A stretch of DNA of 64,000 nucleotides from Clostridia bacterium (GTDB lineage: Bacteria; Bacillota; Clostridia; Oscillospirales; CAG-272), in contig JAFUNJ010000001.1 in the NCBI GenBank assembly GCA_017482355.1, positions 2,888-66,887 on the forward strand, in the 5' to 3' direction. This document shows positions 28,374 through 37,998 of the stretch, one piece after another. Each line of letters begins with the position of its first letter. The stretch's first letter is position 1. The position numbers and the translations under genes were made by a program. The notes under the pieces were generated by a model. The model worked only from the letters and a program-made list of their open reading frames with translations, had not been told where the DNA came from and searched no databases.

Positions 28374-30386
28374 TTAAAACTCTTTTCGATCTCCCGTCGG
28401 AGGCATTGGAGGGCGTTCGCCTTGCGGGAATGTATGCGGCGGCATTCCGTGCGGAGGCACGGGAGGCATTTGTTTACGGCTTTCGTTATCCTCGATATAT
28501 CTTTCTGCCTGTGCCGAGAATAGCTCGCAATACTGCTTTCCTGCCGCCATAAGCTCGGCGTGAGTTCCGATTTCGACTACCTCGCCGTTCTGAAGAACGA
28601 CTATCTTATCGGCAGTCGTCGCGGAGGAAAGACGATGAGAGACGAATATCGTCGTTCTGTCGCGGCGAAGCTCGTCGAACTGACGGTATATCTCCTGCTC
28701 GGCGATAGCGTCAAGGGACGCGGTCGGCTCGTCGAGAATCAGAATATCGGTGTCGGAATAGAACGCTCTCGCGATAGAAAGCTTCTGCCACTGACCGATA
28801 GAAAGCTCGATTCCGTTCGGCTCAAAATACTTCATAAGCGGCGTGTCGTAACCCTCGGGCAGTGCCTCGATAAACTTGTCTGAGTTACTGTGATAAGCGG
28901 CGGTACGGATATCGTCTTCGTTCGGCTCCTTTGTTATCTGACCGAACATTATGTTTTCCTTAACGCTCACGGCGTACTTGCCGAAGTCCTGGAAGATTAT
29001 TCCGAACGCGGCATAAACGTCCTCGGGCGCGTATTCTCTTATGTCGTGTCCGTCAAGCAAAATTACGCCCTCAGTTGGGTCATAAAGACGCGTAAGAAGC
29101 TTGATAAGTGTTGTTTTTCCTGCTCCGTTAAGACCGACAAGAACGACTGTCTCGCCCTCCTCGATAACGAGATCAACGTCTTTTATGACGTATTTCTCGC
29201 TTCCGGGATAACGGAATGAAACGCCCTTAAGCTCAAAGCGGTGCGCGATATGGCGTTTAAGCTCGCGCGGCTGTTCAAGGGTCGGTACGATCTTCTTCTT
29301 TTCGTCCATAAAGATTATCATATTGTCAATGAAGAGCGTTCCCTCGTAGATAGACGCGATCGTCGAAATAAGTGTCGTTATTCCCGTTCCGATGCTCGTC
29401 AGTGCATTAGTGTAGAGGGAATAATCACCGACGCCGTAGCGCCCCTTTATAACGCCGTTTGCTATCATTATAAAAAGAATGCAGTTTACGGCTGTGGAAA
29501 CGAGCGATATTCCTATCTGCCAGAAGCCCTCGGTCAGGAACAGGCGCTTAAGCCCCTTGAAGTACTTTGCAAAAACCTGCTTGTAGCGAGAAATAAAGGT
29601 GTCGGCAAGCCCGAACATCTTTATTTCCTTTACCATATCCTTGTTCGTGACGAGAGATGAATAATAATTCATCTGCCGTCTGTCCTTCGAGCGGTGGCGC
29701 ATATAAAGGAAGTTTTTGCGTCTGAAAACGAAGCTGATTATCGCCGACGGAATACTTACCGCCGCGACGAGAAACGGCGCACCGGGATTTACAGCCCAGA
29801 GTATGACGATAAAGGATACCATACTGATGAGCGTGCTGATGACCGTAAAATTCGCGCGGAGAATATGTATCGGGCGGTGCCCTGCTTCACGGGTTGCATT
29901 TTCGAGCTTCTCGTAAAAATCGGGGCGGTCGTAGCCCGAAAGGTCAATGTCCTTCGCCTTCGTCATAATTTTTACGTTGACGTGGTTTACGACCAGCTCG
30001 CCTGCGATATTGTTGAGTATCGAGCTTATCTGCGCCATCAGGCGAGTAAGGAAAATGTACGCAAACTGGAAGATAAGGAGCGTTGCGATGCTCCCCAGCA
30101 CAAGCTTGCTCCCGTCAACCCCCGCAAGGGAAAGCTTGTTGATTATCTCCTTTGAAATGACCGCGCCGACGACGGGCATTGCGCCTTCAAATATCGCCAT
30201 GAACATCATAACGAAGAGTATCCACGGTCTTGTTTGCCAAACGAGCTTGAATATGTAGAAAAGTCGAGAGAAGAACTTTTTTACCGTTCTTCCTAACCAC
30301 GAGGGAACTTCACGCAGGTTTTTCGGCTTCGGCTCACGGTTTTTATCCGATACAGAGCTTGGGGGAGGCCCCATCATAGGTCCCAT
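28374..30386 (-). CDS. ABC exporter, fused permease/ATP-binding protein
   Basis: TM domain, GLNGAGKT, LSIGQWQK, LILDEPT, SHRLS; Pro-rich termini. Confidence 0.9.
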   Translation of the reverse strand: MGPMMGPPPSSVSDKNREPKPKNLREVPSWLGRTVKKFFSRLFYIFKLVWQTRPWILFVMMFMAIFEGAMPVVGAVISKEIINKLSLAGVDGSKLVLGSIATLLIFQFAYIFLTRLMAQISSILNNIAGELVVNHVNVKIMTKAKDIDLSGYDRPDFYEKLENATREAGHRPIHILRANFTVISTLISMVSFIVILWAVNPGAPFLVAAVSIPSAIISFVFRRKNFLYMRHRSKDRRQMNYYSSLVTNKDMVKEIKMFGLADTFISRYKQVFAKYFKGLKRLFLTEGFWQIGISLVSTAVNCILFIMIANGVIKGRYGVGDYSLYTNALTSIGTGITTLISTIASIYEGTLFIDNMIIFMDEKKKIVPTLEQPRELKRHIAHRFELKGVSFRYPGSEKYVIKDVDLVIEEGETVVLVGLNGAGKTTLIKLLTRLYDPTEGVILLDGHDIREYAPEDVYAAFGIIFQDFGKYAVSVKENIMFGQITKEPNEDDIRTAAYHSNSDKFIEALPEGYDTPLMKYFEPNGIELSIGQWQKLSIARAFYSDTDILILDEPTASLDAIAEQEIYRQFDELRRDRTTIFVSHRLSSATTADKIVVLQNGEVVEIGTHAELMAAGKQYCELFSAQAERYIEDNESRKQMPPVPPHGMPPHTFPQGERPPMPPTGDRKEF

Positions 30387-30548
30387 TTTTTCACCGCCTT
30401 AAAGAAAATTGTTAGAATGCTAACATTATATCATTCATTGAAAGAAAAATCAAGATAGTTCACCTAAAATTCATATTGCGTTTTTACGGTAGGGGAAACC
30501 TCTCCCTACGAAGATATATCGAACGTCGATAAAAATCAAAAAGCGTCC

Positions 30549-30579
30549 GAAGCTCAGTTCTGCTTCTGAACGCTTTTAT
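30549..30579 (+). repeat. 31-bp direct repeat, left copy (terminator hairpin)
   Basis: GAAGCTCAGTTCTGCTTCTGAACGCTTTTAT is identical to 31681-31711. Confidence 0.85.
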
Positions 30580-30818
30580 TTTATTTCCTGCTCCAGATTT
30601 CTGAATTCGTCCGTATCAAAAAACTCTACTATGGTGATCCCGAAGCCGTCACACAACATTTTCAGAGTTACAATTCCCGGATTTATACTTTTACCGTACA
30701 AAATATTTTTTATCGAGGACGGCGAAACCGCTGATTCAATTGCCAACTTGTATATAGACATGTTTTTTTGCTCTAATAGCTGAAGTATTCTGTTTTTTAC
30801 AGCCCCGTAAGTATTCAT
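30576..30818 (-). CDS. XRE/Cro-like HTH transcriptional regulator
   Basis: MSIYKLAIESAVSPSSIKNILYG...NPGIVTLKMLCDGF. Confidence 0.85.
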   Translation of the reverse strand: MNTYGAVKNRILQLLEQKNMSIYKLAIESAVSPSSIKNILYGKSINPGIVTLKMLCDGFGITIVEFFDTDEFRNLEQEIK

Positions 30819-31000
30819 ATATTCTCCTGAAAAAATATTCAGTCTAATTATAGACCAAACCTCTTGACAATTCGGGCTATATATGATACCATTGGTCTAT
30901 AAATAGTCCAATGTGCGTTTTATAGTATGAGCTGATTTCTTTCTATATAAACAATCAACGGCAGTTTATAATAAATATTTTAAAGCGAGGTTTAATTATT

Positions 31001-31657
31001 ATGTTTTGTAAAAAATGCGGCACTCAAATAGCTGACGGAGCTGCTTTTTGCCCGAGCTGCGGCGAATCCGTTAATGCTCAACCCACTACACCTTCGGAAC
31101 AACCCCAGCAGCCCCAAACGGCGGCGGCTCAGCCCGCAACACCTCCCGTTCAGTTGCCCTCCGAAAAGCAACAGAAAATTGGTATTATATGGAGTTACAT
31201 CAGTGTTGTTGTAGCGGCGGCATTGGCTATTTACAGTATTATCGGCGGAATTATGATACTTAACGGTCATACGTATACGATCGGCGGGGTAAATTTCTCT
31301 AAAATAATTTATAAGGAAAATGTCATTCTTTACGGCCTCGATATTTTCTATGGAATTATTTGCTTCGGCAGCGCGATTTGGGCGGCATACTGTATATACT
31401 TGGTTTTGGCGCGCAAAAAGAAGGCGCCGGATAAAATGTCGGCGGTTTTTGTCGTGGCTATGCTTGGCATTGGTATGTACAATTTATTCAGAGTGATGGT
31501 TGGACCGGCATATGCTACGATCGGAACGTCACTGATCCTCGCTCGCGCGGCGGAAAACGCTTACGTCGAAATATTTGTAGTGATGGCTGTTGCGCTTGCC
31601 TTTGAGATCGCCGGCAATATCTTCTTCAAAAAGATCAAGCACCTTTTCGTCAACTGA
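31001..31657 (+). CDS. zinc-ribbon membrane protein
   Basis: MFCKKCG...FCPSCG, a Pro/Gln linker and about four hydrophobic helices. Confidence 0.8.
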   Translation: MFCKKCGTQIADGAAFCPSCGESVNAQPTTPSEQPQQPQTAAAQPATPPVQLPSEKQQKIGIIWSYISVVVAAALAIYSIIGGIMILNGHTYTIGGVNFSKIIYKENVILYGLDIFYGIICFGSAIWAAYCIYLVLARKKKAPDKMSAVFVVAMLGIGMYNLFRVMVGPAYATIGTSLILARAAENAYVEIFVVMAVALAFEIAGNIFFKKIKHLFVN

Positions 31658-31680
31658 TAAATTAAAACCAAAAGCGTTCA

Positions 31681-31711
31681 GAAGCTCAGTTCTGCTTCTG
31701 AACGCTTTTAT
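31681..31711 (+). repeat. 31-bp direct repeat, right copy
   Basis: Identical to 30549-30579; overlaps the stop of the 31686-31862 gene and forms the hairpin AAAAGCGTTCAGAAGC...GCTTCTGAACGCTTTT. Confidence 0.85.
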
Positions 31712-31862
31712 ATTCGTCGTAATAGCGGTAGTACGGGCACTCGTTTGACCTTCCCGTCATAAAATCGACGCTTTCGTCTTCGTCGAGGTCGATGATGCAA
31801 ACGTCCTCCTGATAATACTCGTCGTAATCGAAATACATACAGCTTTCGCAGTTCTTTTTCAT
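31686..31862 (-). CDS. small Cys/Asp-rich protein (DUF6472-like)
   Basis: Below the ORF-track cutoff: MKKNCESCMYFDYDEYYQEDVCIIDLDEDE...ECPYYRYYDEYKSVQKQN, with a GAGGTG RBS. Confidence 0.7.
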   Translation of the reverse strand: MKKNCESCMYFDYDEYYQEDVCIIDLDEDESVDFMTGRSNECPYYRYYDEYKSVQKQN

Positions 31863-31871
31863 AAATTCACC

Positions 31872-32327
31872 TCAAAATTCTTCCTTGGCGGAAACAAGCT
31901 CGTCACCGTGATAAGACAGCTTAAGAGAGAAAATGTTTCTATCCTCAAATAAATAACGGAGAAACACCTTATCGCCCTCCCAAAGGGGCAGGGAGAAAAT
32001 TTCGTCTTTATCTATCCAATGAAGCTCGCCCTCGTCGCAGATTATTTCGTCGCCGTCAAAATCGTTCGATGTGTATAGAAACATATATTCCGTCTCGCAA
32101 ACGTCGGAATCAAAGGTCACTATCCCGCGGAAGCGGTACGAGTTTATTTTGTAGCCGGTTTCCTCGTAAACCTCGCGGCGCAGACATTCCTCGGGGCTTT
32201 CGCCGCTTTCAAATTTTCCGCCGACGCCGATCCATTTGCCCGAGTTTATGTCGTTACGCTTTTTGTTGCGGTTGAGCATCAAATATTTGCCGTCTTTTTC
32301 AAGATAGCACAAAACGCAGTTTTTCAT
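31872..32327 (-). CDS. NUDIX hydrolase (8-oxo-dGTP diphosphatase, MutX-like)
   Basis: Nudix box GGKFESGESPEECLRREVYEETG. Confidence 0.9.
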   Translation of the reverse strand: MKNCVLCYLEKDGKYLMLNRNKKRNDINSGKWIGVGGKFESGESPEECLRREVYEETGYKINSYRFRGIVTFDSDVCETEYMFLYTSNDFDGDEIICDEGELHWIDKDEIFSLPLWEGDKVFLRYLFEDRNIFSLKLSYHGDELVSAKEEF

Positions 32328-32403
32328 AATTATTCCTCCGAAGAATAAACGCTCTTTTTCGTGTCAAAACTTATGACATAACGAATGAAAGGCAGATGAA
32401 AAA

Positions 32404-32997
32404 ATGAAAAAATTACTTATACCTATTATCGCAGTTTTACTTCTTACAGCACTTACGGTCTTCCCGACGGCGTCCGACATGGAAATATACGGCAAGGTCA
32501 TTCGACTGCACGTTATTGCCAATTCCGACAGCGAATACGATCAGGAGCTCAAATTAAAGGTTCGTGACGGTATCCTATCGACGGTCGAAGAGCTTACTCG
32601 CGACTGCAAAACGAAGGATGAAGCCGAAAGCGTCTTGCGCGAGAACAGCGGTGAGATCAAGGATGCGGCTTATCGCGTTCTTGAAGAAAACGGCTCTGAC
32701 CTATCTGTAAGTATCGAGATCGGAGAAGAAAAATATCCGACAAGAGACTACGGCGACCTGCGTCTTCCAAGCGGCACGTATTGCTCTGTGCGCGTCAAAC
32801 TTGGCGAAGCCGACGGTAAAAACTGGTGGTGCGTACTTTTTCCGCCCCTTTGTCTTAACAGCTCGGTCAAATCCGAGGACGCGCTGTTACAGGTCGGATT
32901 TACACCCGATCAGGTCGGAATCATAACCGAATCAAGCTCGCCGAAATATAAGGTGAAGTTTAAGATTCTCGAAATACTCGGTTCGCTGTTTTCCTGA
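32404..32997 (+). CDS. spoIIR: stage II sporulation protein R
   Basis: IRLHVIANSDS..DQELKLKVRD and GKNWWCVLFPPLC. Confidence 0.92.
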   Translation: MKKLLIPIIAVLLLTALTVFPTASDMEIYGKVIRLHVIANSDSEYDQELKLKVRDGILSTVEELTRDCKTKDEAESVLRENSGEIKDAAYRVLEENGSDLSVSIEIGEEKYPTRDYGDLRLPSGTYCSVRVKLGEADGKNWWCVLFPPLCLNSSVKSEDALLQVGFTPDQVGIITESSSPKYKVKFKILEILGSLFS

Positions 32998-33014
32998 TGG
33001 ACACATCGTTTTTT

Positions 33015-33136
33015 GCGGGCGACCAATGGTCGCCCCTACGAGGACGTTTGATATTTCTTGTAGGGGCGAGCATTGCTCGCCCGTTTGGGCGTAACGTAAC
33101 TTTTTAGAAACGGCGGGAGCAAGCCCCCGCCCTACG
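33015..33136. repeat. cluster of GTAG-type REP palindromes
   Basis: GGGCGACC-AAT-GGTCGCCCCTAC, GTAGGGGCGAGC-ATT-GCTCGCCC, GGCGGGAGCAAGCCCCCGCCCTAC; related copies at 30489-30510 and 42975-43001. Confidence 0.7.
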
Positions 33137-33193
33137 GGGAGAGAAAGTCACCCCCACAAATCGACACGGCGAAGAAAACGTGGATGTATTGCC

Positions 33194-33973
33194 TTAAATC
33201 TTCCGTAAAGTTATATCGTCAAGCGGGGTTATGCCGTTTCTGCTTAAAAATTCACTCACTTTTCGGCGGTCGTTCTCATTATGAAGGTCCGACGGATTGT
33301 GCGCGTCAACCCCGAGAATCATGTCGTTGCCTACACTTTTCGCAAGGTTCACAAAGCGGTCAGACGGATAGAATCTATTGTCACATAGACCTTTAATATT
33401 TATCTCAAGCGGAATTCCGAGCTTCTTCGCACCGACGCAGAGACGCGTCATCTCGGAACGGTAAAAAGCGTCGTCACCGACGTAATGGCAAACGTCGGGG
33501 TGGCAAACGTAGGAGAACGAGCCGCTCGAAATGCCTTCAAGCACTTCGTCAACGTAGCGTGTGAGGAAGCTCCTTTCCTCGGTCGGTGCGCCGACCCAAA
33601 AGTCACTCGGCTCGATCGTCAGACAGTGCTGCCCGAGTATTAGGTAATCAACGCCATAGTCACGGCAGAAGCTTTGCAGTTTGGCAAAGATCGTGGGAAA
33701 ATACTCCGCCTCAAAGCCGCAGAAAAGCTTGATGTCGCCTTTGTATTCATCTGAATAGGCGCGTATGTCGGAAATATATTTTTCCGCTTCCTTGGGCGTC
33801 ATTCGCATGTTCTTTCTTATCGCCGGTCCGTATCCGCCCTCGAAAAATTGAGGTGCGTGATCGGCAAATCCGAGCTTCGTCAGCCCTGCCTCGATTGCCT
33901 TTTCGATATATTCTCTTATCTCTCCCTCGGCGTGACCGCAAAGGTGGGTATGAGTATGATAATTGACCGTCAA
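33194..33973 (-). CDS. PHP-domain phosphatase (histidinol-phosphatase HisJ/HisK family)
   Basis: NYHTHT..CGHA, GFADH, CHPD, GVDAH; TTG start after GAGGT. Confidence 0.85.
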   Translation of the reverse strand: MTVNYHTHTHLCGHAEGEIREYIEKAIEAGLTKLGFADHAPQFFEGGYGPAIRKNMRMTPKEAEKYISDIRAYSDEYKGDIKLFCGFEAEYFPTIFAKLQSFCRDYGVDYLILGQHCLTIEPSDFWVGAPTEERSFLTRYVDEVLEGISSGSFSYVCHPDVCHYVGDDAFYRSEMTRLCVGAKKLGIPLEINIKGLCDNRFYPSDRFVNLAKSVGNDMILGVDAHNPSDLHNENDRRKVSEFLSRNGITPLDDITLRKI

Positions 33974-34093
33974 ACCTAAAACCTCTTTTCCGTTTGCACT
34001 ATTGATTATTTTAGCACAACGGAGCTGCTCGGTCAAGGTTCGACGGTCATTTTTCGTCATAAAAAGTCTTAAATAAATTATTAAAAATAATAC

Positions 34094-34122
34094 TTGACAA
34101 ATCGTTTTTTATGTGCTACAAT
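34094..34122 (+). promoter_or_regulatory. tRNA operon promoter
   Basis: TTGACA-17-TACAAT with extended TG. Confidence 0.75.
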
Positions 34123-34138
34123 AATTGTCGCTGATTTT

Positions 34139-34215
34139 GTACCTTTAGCTCAGCCGGATAGAGCAACTGCCTTCTAAGCAGTAGGTCGAGGGTTCGAATC
34201 CCCCAAGGTACGCCA
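34139..34215 (+). tRNA. tRNA-Arg(TCT)
   Basis: Cloverleaf; anticodon arm ACTGC-CTTCTAA-GCAGT; GGTTCGAATCC T-arm; CCA end. Confidence 0.95.
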
Positions 34216-34221
34216 ATATAT

Positions 34222-34299
34222 GGTGAGTGTAGCTAAGTTGGTTATAGCGCCAGGTTGTGGCCCTGGAGGCCGTGGGTTCGAATCCCATCACCCACCCCA
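34222..34299 (+). tRNA. tRNA-His(GTG)
   Basis: G-1, anticodon arm CCAGG-TTGTGGC-CCTGG, C discriminator, CCA end. Confidence 0.95.
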
Positions 34300-34302
34300 A
34301 AA

Positions 34303-34443
34303 TGAAAATCCTGTCGATTCTTGTCGGCAGGATTTTCGTTTTGTATTATTCACTATTCATTTTTCATTATTCATTATTCATTCGACAGGATTTTCAATGA
34401 ATAATGAAGTCGCTTGCGCTGATGAATAATTAATAATGAATAA
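34303..34443. repeat. heptamer tandem repeat within a nested inverted repeat
   Basis: Five TTATTCA-like units at 34346-34380 and inverted TGAATAA copies at 34398-34443; 15-bp IR TGAAAATCCTGTCGA / TCGACAGGATTTTCA. Confidence 0.6.
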
Positions 34444-34726
34444 TTTCGGTGTCGGATTTGCCGTTAGGCAAAATATTTCATAATCCGAAGGATTATTTCA
34501 TTAAATAGCTTCTTTGTGCGATACATCATTTCCTCCGTTTTTCCATCCCATGCAACGGATTTTGCAACGGATCTCATTACCATTCTGCACACCTCGGTGA
34601 TAATTATTTTTATAAACTTGTCCAAACAGTAAAAAATTACTGATATTTTCATAAATCTCTTGATTTTGGGAAGAAAATCTATTATAATATTCTATTGGAA
34701 AATAAAAATTTCAAAGGAGACAAAAA

Positions 34727-35434
34727 ATGAGCAATTGTCCTTACGCTGTTACTCACGAAGTTGAGAACATGACACACGTTGCCAAAGGCCCTTACCACGG
34801 TCCTGCTCCCATTCCGGAAGAAGGAAAATGGGTTCAGGTCAAGGAGATCAAGGACGTCAGCGGTTTCACGCACGGAATCGGCTGGTGCGCTCCTCAGCAG
34901 GGCTGCTGCAAGCTTACTCTTAACGTTAAAGACGGAATCATCCAGGAGGCACTCGTTGAGACCCTCGGATGCTCCGGAATGACACACTCTGCCGCTATGG
35001 CGTCCGAGATCCTCATCGGAAAGACTCTTCTTGAGGCGCTCAATACAGACCTTGTCTGTGATGCTATCAACACCGCAATGCGCGAGCTCTTCCTCCAGAT
35101 CGTATACGGAAGAAGCCAGTCCGCATTCTCCGAGAACGGACTTAACGTAGGTGCTTCTCTTGAAGACCTCGGTAAAGGTCTCCGTTCGCAGGTAGGTACC
35201 ATGTTCGCTACCACGAACAAGGGTCCCCGTTACCTCGAAATGGCTGAGGGCTACGTTACCCGTATTGCTCTCGACGAAGAAGATCAGATCATCGGCTACG
35301 AGTTCGTAAACCTCGGCAAGATGATGGACTTCATCAAGAAGGGCGACGATGCAAACACCGCACTTGAGAAGGCAAAGGGCAACTACGGCCGCTTCAACGG
35401 TGCTGCGAAGTACATCGACCCCCGTCAGGAATAA
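34727..35434 (+). CDS. NifU/IscU-like Fe-S scaffold domain protein
   Basis: GWCAPQQGCCKLTLNVKDGIIQEALVETLGCSGMTHS and LVCDAIN; the usual partner of GGGtGRT proteins. Confidence 0.8.
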   Translation: MSNCPYAVTHEVENMTHVAKGPYHGPAPIPEEGKWVQVKEIKDVSGFTHGIGWCAPQQGCCKLTLNVKDGIIQEALVETLGCSGMTHSAAMASEILIGKTLLEALNTDLVCDAINTAMRELFLQIVYGRSQSAFSENGLNVGASLEDLGKGLRSQVGTMFATTNKGPRYLEMAEGYVTRIALDEEDQIIGYEFVNLGKMMDFIKKGDDANTALEKAKGNYGRFNGAAKYIDPRQE

Positions 35435-35452
35435 TAGAAGGAGGACAAGATA

Positions 35453-36451
35453 ATGGCTTTGTTTGAAGGTTACGAAAGAAAAATAGACAAAATTAACGGT
35501 GTCCTCGCTCAGTACGGTCTTAACTCTGTTGAAGAGTGCCGTGAGCTTTGTAAAGCAAAGGGCTTCGATCCCTACGAGATCGTAAAGGGCATTCAGCCCA
35601 TCGCATTCGAGGACGTTGCTTGGGCATACTGCGTAGGCGCGGCTATCGCAATGAAGAAGGGCTGCGTAAAGGCAGCAGACGCCGCTGAAGCTATCGGTAT
35701 CGGTCTTCAGGCGTTCTGTATCCCCGGCTCCGTTGCTGAGGACCGTAAGGTCGGTCTCGGTCACGGAAACCTCGGCGCAATGCTTCTCCGCGACGAGACT
35801 AATTGCTTCGCATTCCTTGCAGGTCACGAGTCGTTTGCCGCTGCAGAAGGCGCTATCGGTATCGCACGCTCCGCTAATAAGGCGCGTAAAGAGCCGCTCC
35901 GCGTTATCCTTAACGGTCTCGGTAAGGACGCTGCGCAGATCATTTCCCGTATCAACGGATTCACCTACGTTCAGACTCAGTTCGACTACTACACGGGTGA
36001 GCTTAAGATAGTTAAGAAGTGGAAGTACTCCGACGGCGAGCGCGCAGCAGTAAACTGCTACGGCTGTGACGACGTTCGTGAGGGCGTTGCGATCATGCAC
36101 CACGAGGGCGTTGACGTTTCCATTACCGGTAACTCGACTAACCCCACCCGCTTCCAGCACCCCGTTGCAGGCACCTATAAGAAGGAATGCATCGAGCAGG
36201 GCAAGAAGTACTTCTCCGTTGCATCGGGCGGCGGTACGGGACGTACCCTCCACCCCGATAACATGGCGGCAGGACCTGCTTCCTACGGTCTTACCGATAC
36301 CATGGGAAGAATGCACGGCGACGCTCAGTTCGCAGGTTCTTCCTCGGTTCCCGCACACGTTGAGATGATGGGCTTCCTCGGCGCAGGTAACAACCCGATG
36401 GTCGGTATGACCGTTTCGGTTGCTGTTGCGGTTGAAGAGGCAAGCAAGTAA
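35453..36451 (+). CDS. GGGtGRT family protein
   Basis: Signature SGGGTGRTLHPDN. Confidence 0.9.
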   Translation: MALFEGYERKIDKINGVLAQYGLNSVEECRELCKAKGFDPYEIVKGIQPIAFEDVAWAYCVGAAIAMKKGCVKAADAAEAIGIGLQAFCIPGSVAEDRKVGLGHGNLGAMLLRDETNCFAFLAGHESFAAAEGAIGIARSANKARKEPLRVILNGLGKDAAQIISRINGFTYVQTQFDYYTGELKIVKKWKYSDGERAAVNCYGCDDVREGVAIMHHEGVDVSITGNSTNPTRFQHPVAGTYKKECIEQGKKYFSVASGGGTGRTLHPDNMAAGPASYGLTDTMGRMHGDAQFAGSSSVPAHVEMMGFLGAGNNPMVGMTVSVAVAVEEASK

Positions 36452-36494
36452 TTTTCTGTAAATAAAGAACGGACGCGAAAGCGTCCGTTTTTTG

Positions 36495-36695
36495 TTAATC
36501 TTCATCCGTAAAAAGCGTACATCCCTGATTTCGGTAATGGACTATTTTTTCACGCAATAGGTTCTCGGTGCAGGAGAAGAACCGAGCGAGGCAGGATATA
36601 CACATATAGCTTTCGGCGCCGCGGTTGATCAGCCGTTTATGAAGCCCTATTTCGTTTGTCGAAAGCTCCTTTTCGCACTTTTGGCACTTTGCCAT
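36495..36695 (-). CDS. small Cys-rich (putative Zn-binding) protein
   Basis: CxxC...CxxC...GCTLF; coupled to the alpha-galactosidase stop (TAATG). Confidence 0.65.
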   Translation of the reverse strand: MAKCQKCEKELSTNEIGLHKRLINRGAESYMCISCLARFFSCTENLLREKIVHYRNQGCTLFTDED

Positions 36696-37885
36696 TACGC
36701 GTCAACTACCTTTGCACGGAAGAGTCGGCAGTCGTGGGGCGCTACCTTGTCGATACGCACTGTGCCGTTGAAGGTCTTGAGGGTTTTTCCCGTCCAGAGA
36801 TCGTGAAGCTCGATGGTTTTGCCCGACGATAGGGGCAGACCGAGGTTATCGAGCGTGAGGGTGAAGTTCCACACAGACGCGTCGGTATCCATAAAGTTGA
36901 AGAAGCCGATAGCAATATCGCCGCCGTCGAGGTACTTTGCGATGATGGGCGTGTCGATCGGATAGGACTTGTAGAAGGGGTCGTTCTCTGTGCGGCTGTT
37001 ATTGATCTCGTATTTGAAGTTATTTGCAAAGAACGGCTCTGCGCCGAGCTCGTCCTGGTTTATTGCGATAACGTCCTTGTTGAGCAGGATCGACTTCGTT
37101 TCGTCGGTCATATCGCGTATATCGCAGCCGATCATAAGCGGGGAATTAAGAAGCGCCCAAAGGGAGAAATGCAGGCGGTATTCCTCGGTGGTGCAACCGG
37201 TAAGCGCTACGTTGCCCTTGCCGTTCATACCGACGATGAGCATATCCATATCGTTGAAGCAGCCGTGTCCGTTATACTCCTGCGCAACGATCTGCGACTG
37301 TGCCAAGCTCTTGATAGACGCCCACGAATCGAATATGTCGCCGGTCGAGCGCCACATATGCGCGCCCGTTTCCTTTATCCACTGCTTGGTGTTTTCGGAT
37401 CCCCACGAGCAGGCACTGAGAAGAATGTCGCGTCCGCAGTTAGCAAGCGCGATCGCCATTCTCTTATAAAGAACGTCGGCACGCTCTGTCATAGGGTGGA
37501 AGCAGAAGTCGTATTTGAGGAAATCGACCTCCCATTCGGCAAAGGTCTTTGCGTCTACCCACTCATAGCCGTAGCTTGCAGGGTAGCCCGCACAGGTAAG
37601 ATAACCCGCGCAGGAATACATACCGAATTTAAGCCCCTTCGAATGAATGTAGTCTGCGACGTACTTCATACCGTGCGGGAACTTTTCGGGATCGGGAACG
37701 AGGCGTCCGTTTTCGTCGCGCTCCTTGAGCGCCCAGATATCGTCGATAACGACGTACTCGTAGCCCGCGTCCTTAAGACCGTTTGCGATCATCGCATCTG
37801 CGGACTCCATAATAAGCTGTTCGTTGATGTTCGCGCCAAAGGTGTTCCAGGTGTTCCACCCGAGCGGCGGTTTGTTTACTACCAT
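36695..37885 (-). CDS. alpha-galactosidase, GH27
   Basis: PPLGWNTWN, VVIDD, LKYDFC, WRSTGDI, NDMDML. Confidence 0.92.
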   Translation of the reverse strand: MVVNKPPLGWNTWNTFGANINEQLIMESADAMIANGLKDAGYEYVVIDDIWALKERDENGRLVPDPEKFPHGMKYVADYIHSKGLKFGMYSCAGYLTCAGYPASYGYEWVDAKTFAEWEVDFLKYDFCFHPMTERADVLYKRMAIALANCGRDILLSACSWGSENTKQWIKETGAHMWRSTGDIFDSWASIKSLAQSQIVAQEYNGHGCFNDMDMLIVGMNGKGNVALTGCTTEEYRLHFSLWALLNSPLMIGCDIRDMTDETKSILLNKDVIAINQDELGAEPFFANNFKYEINNSRTENDPFYKSYPIDTPIIAKYLDGGDIAIGFFNFMDTDASVWNFTLTLDNLGLPLSSGKTIELHDLWTGKTLKTFNGTVRIDKVAPHDCRLFRAKVVDA

Positions 37886-37998
37886 TTTATGCTTGACCTC
37901 CGTTAAGGTATATGTTATAATCATTATATATGCAAAAAGATTACAAATAAAGTAAAAATTATTGCATATATATGTAATATTGTTGCAAAGAGGGAAGT

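Noticed and set aside
34222-34299. A-C mismatch in the tRNA-His acceptor stem as a sign of a pseudo-tRNA or integration
   Set aside because: All other identity elements are intact, and no duplicated 3' end or integrase was found in the window.
34464-34652. 62-aa ORF downstream of tRNA-His
   Set aside because: It lies in AT-rich repeat/promoter sequence with no recognisable family; there is not enough support to call it.
34682-36505. 607-aa antisense ORF spanning the NifU-like and GGGtGRT genes
   Set aside because: It is the shadow of two in-frame, strongly codon-biased sense genes and has no recognisable motifs. The two sense genes are separated by TAA-TAG and a new RBS, so readthrough fusion is also unlikely.
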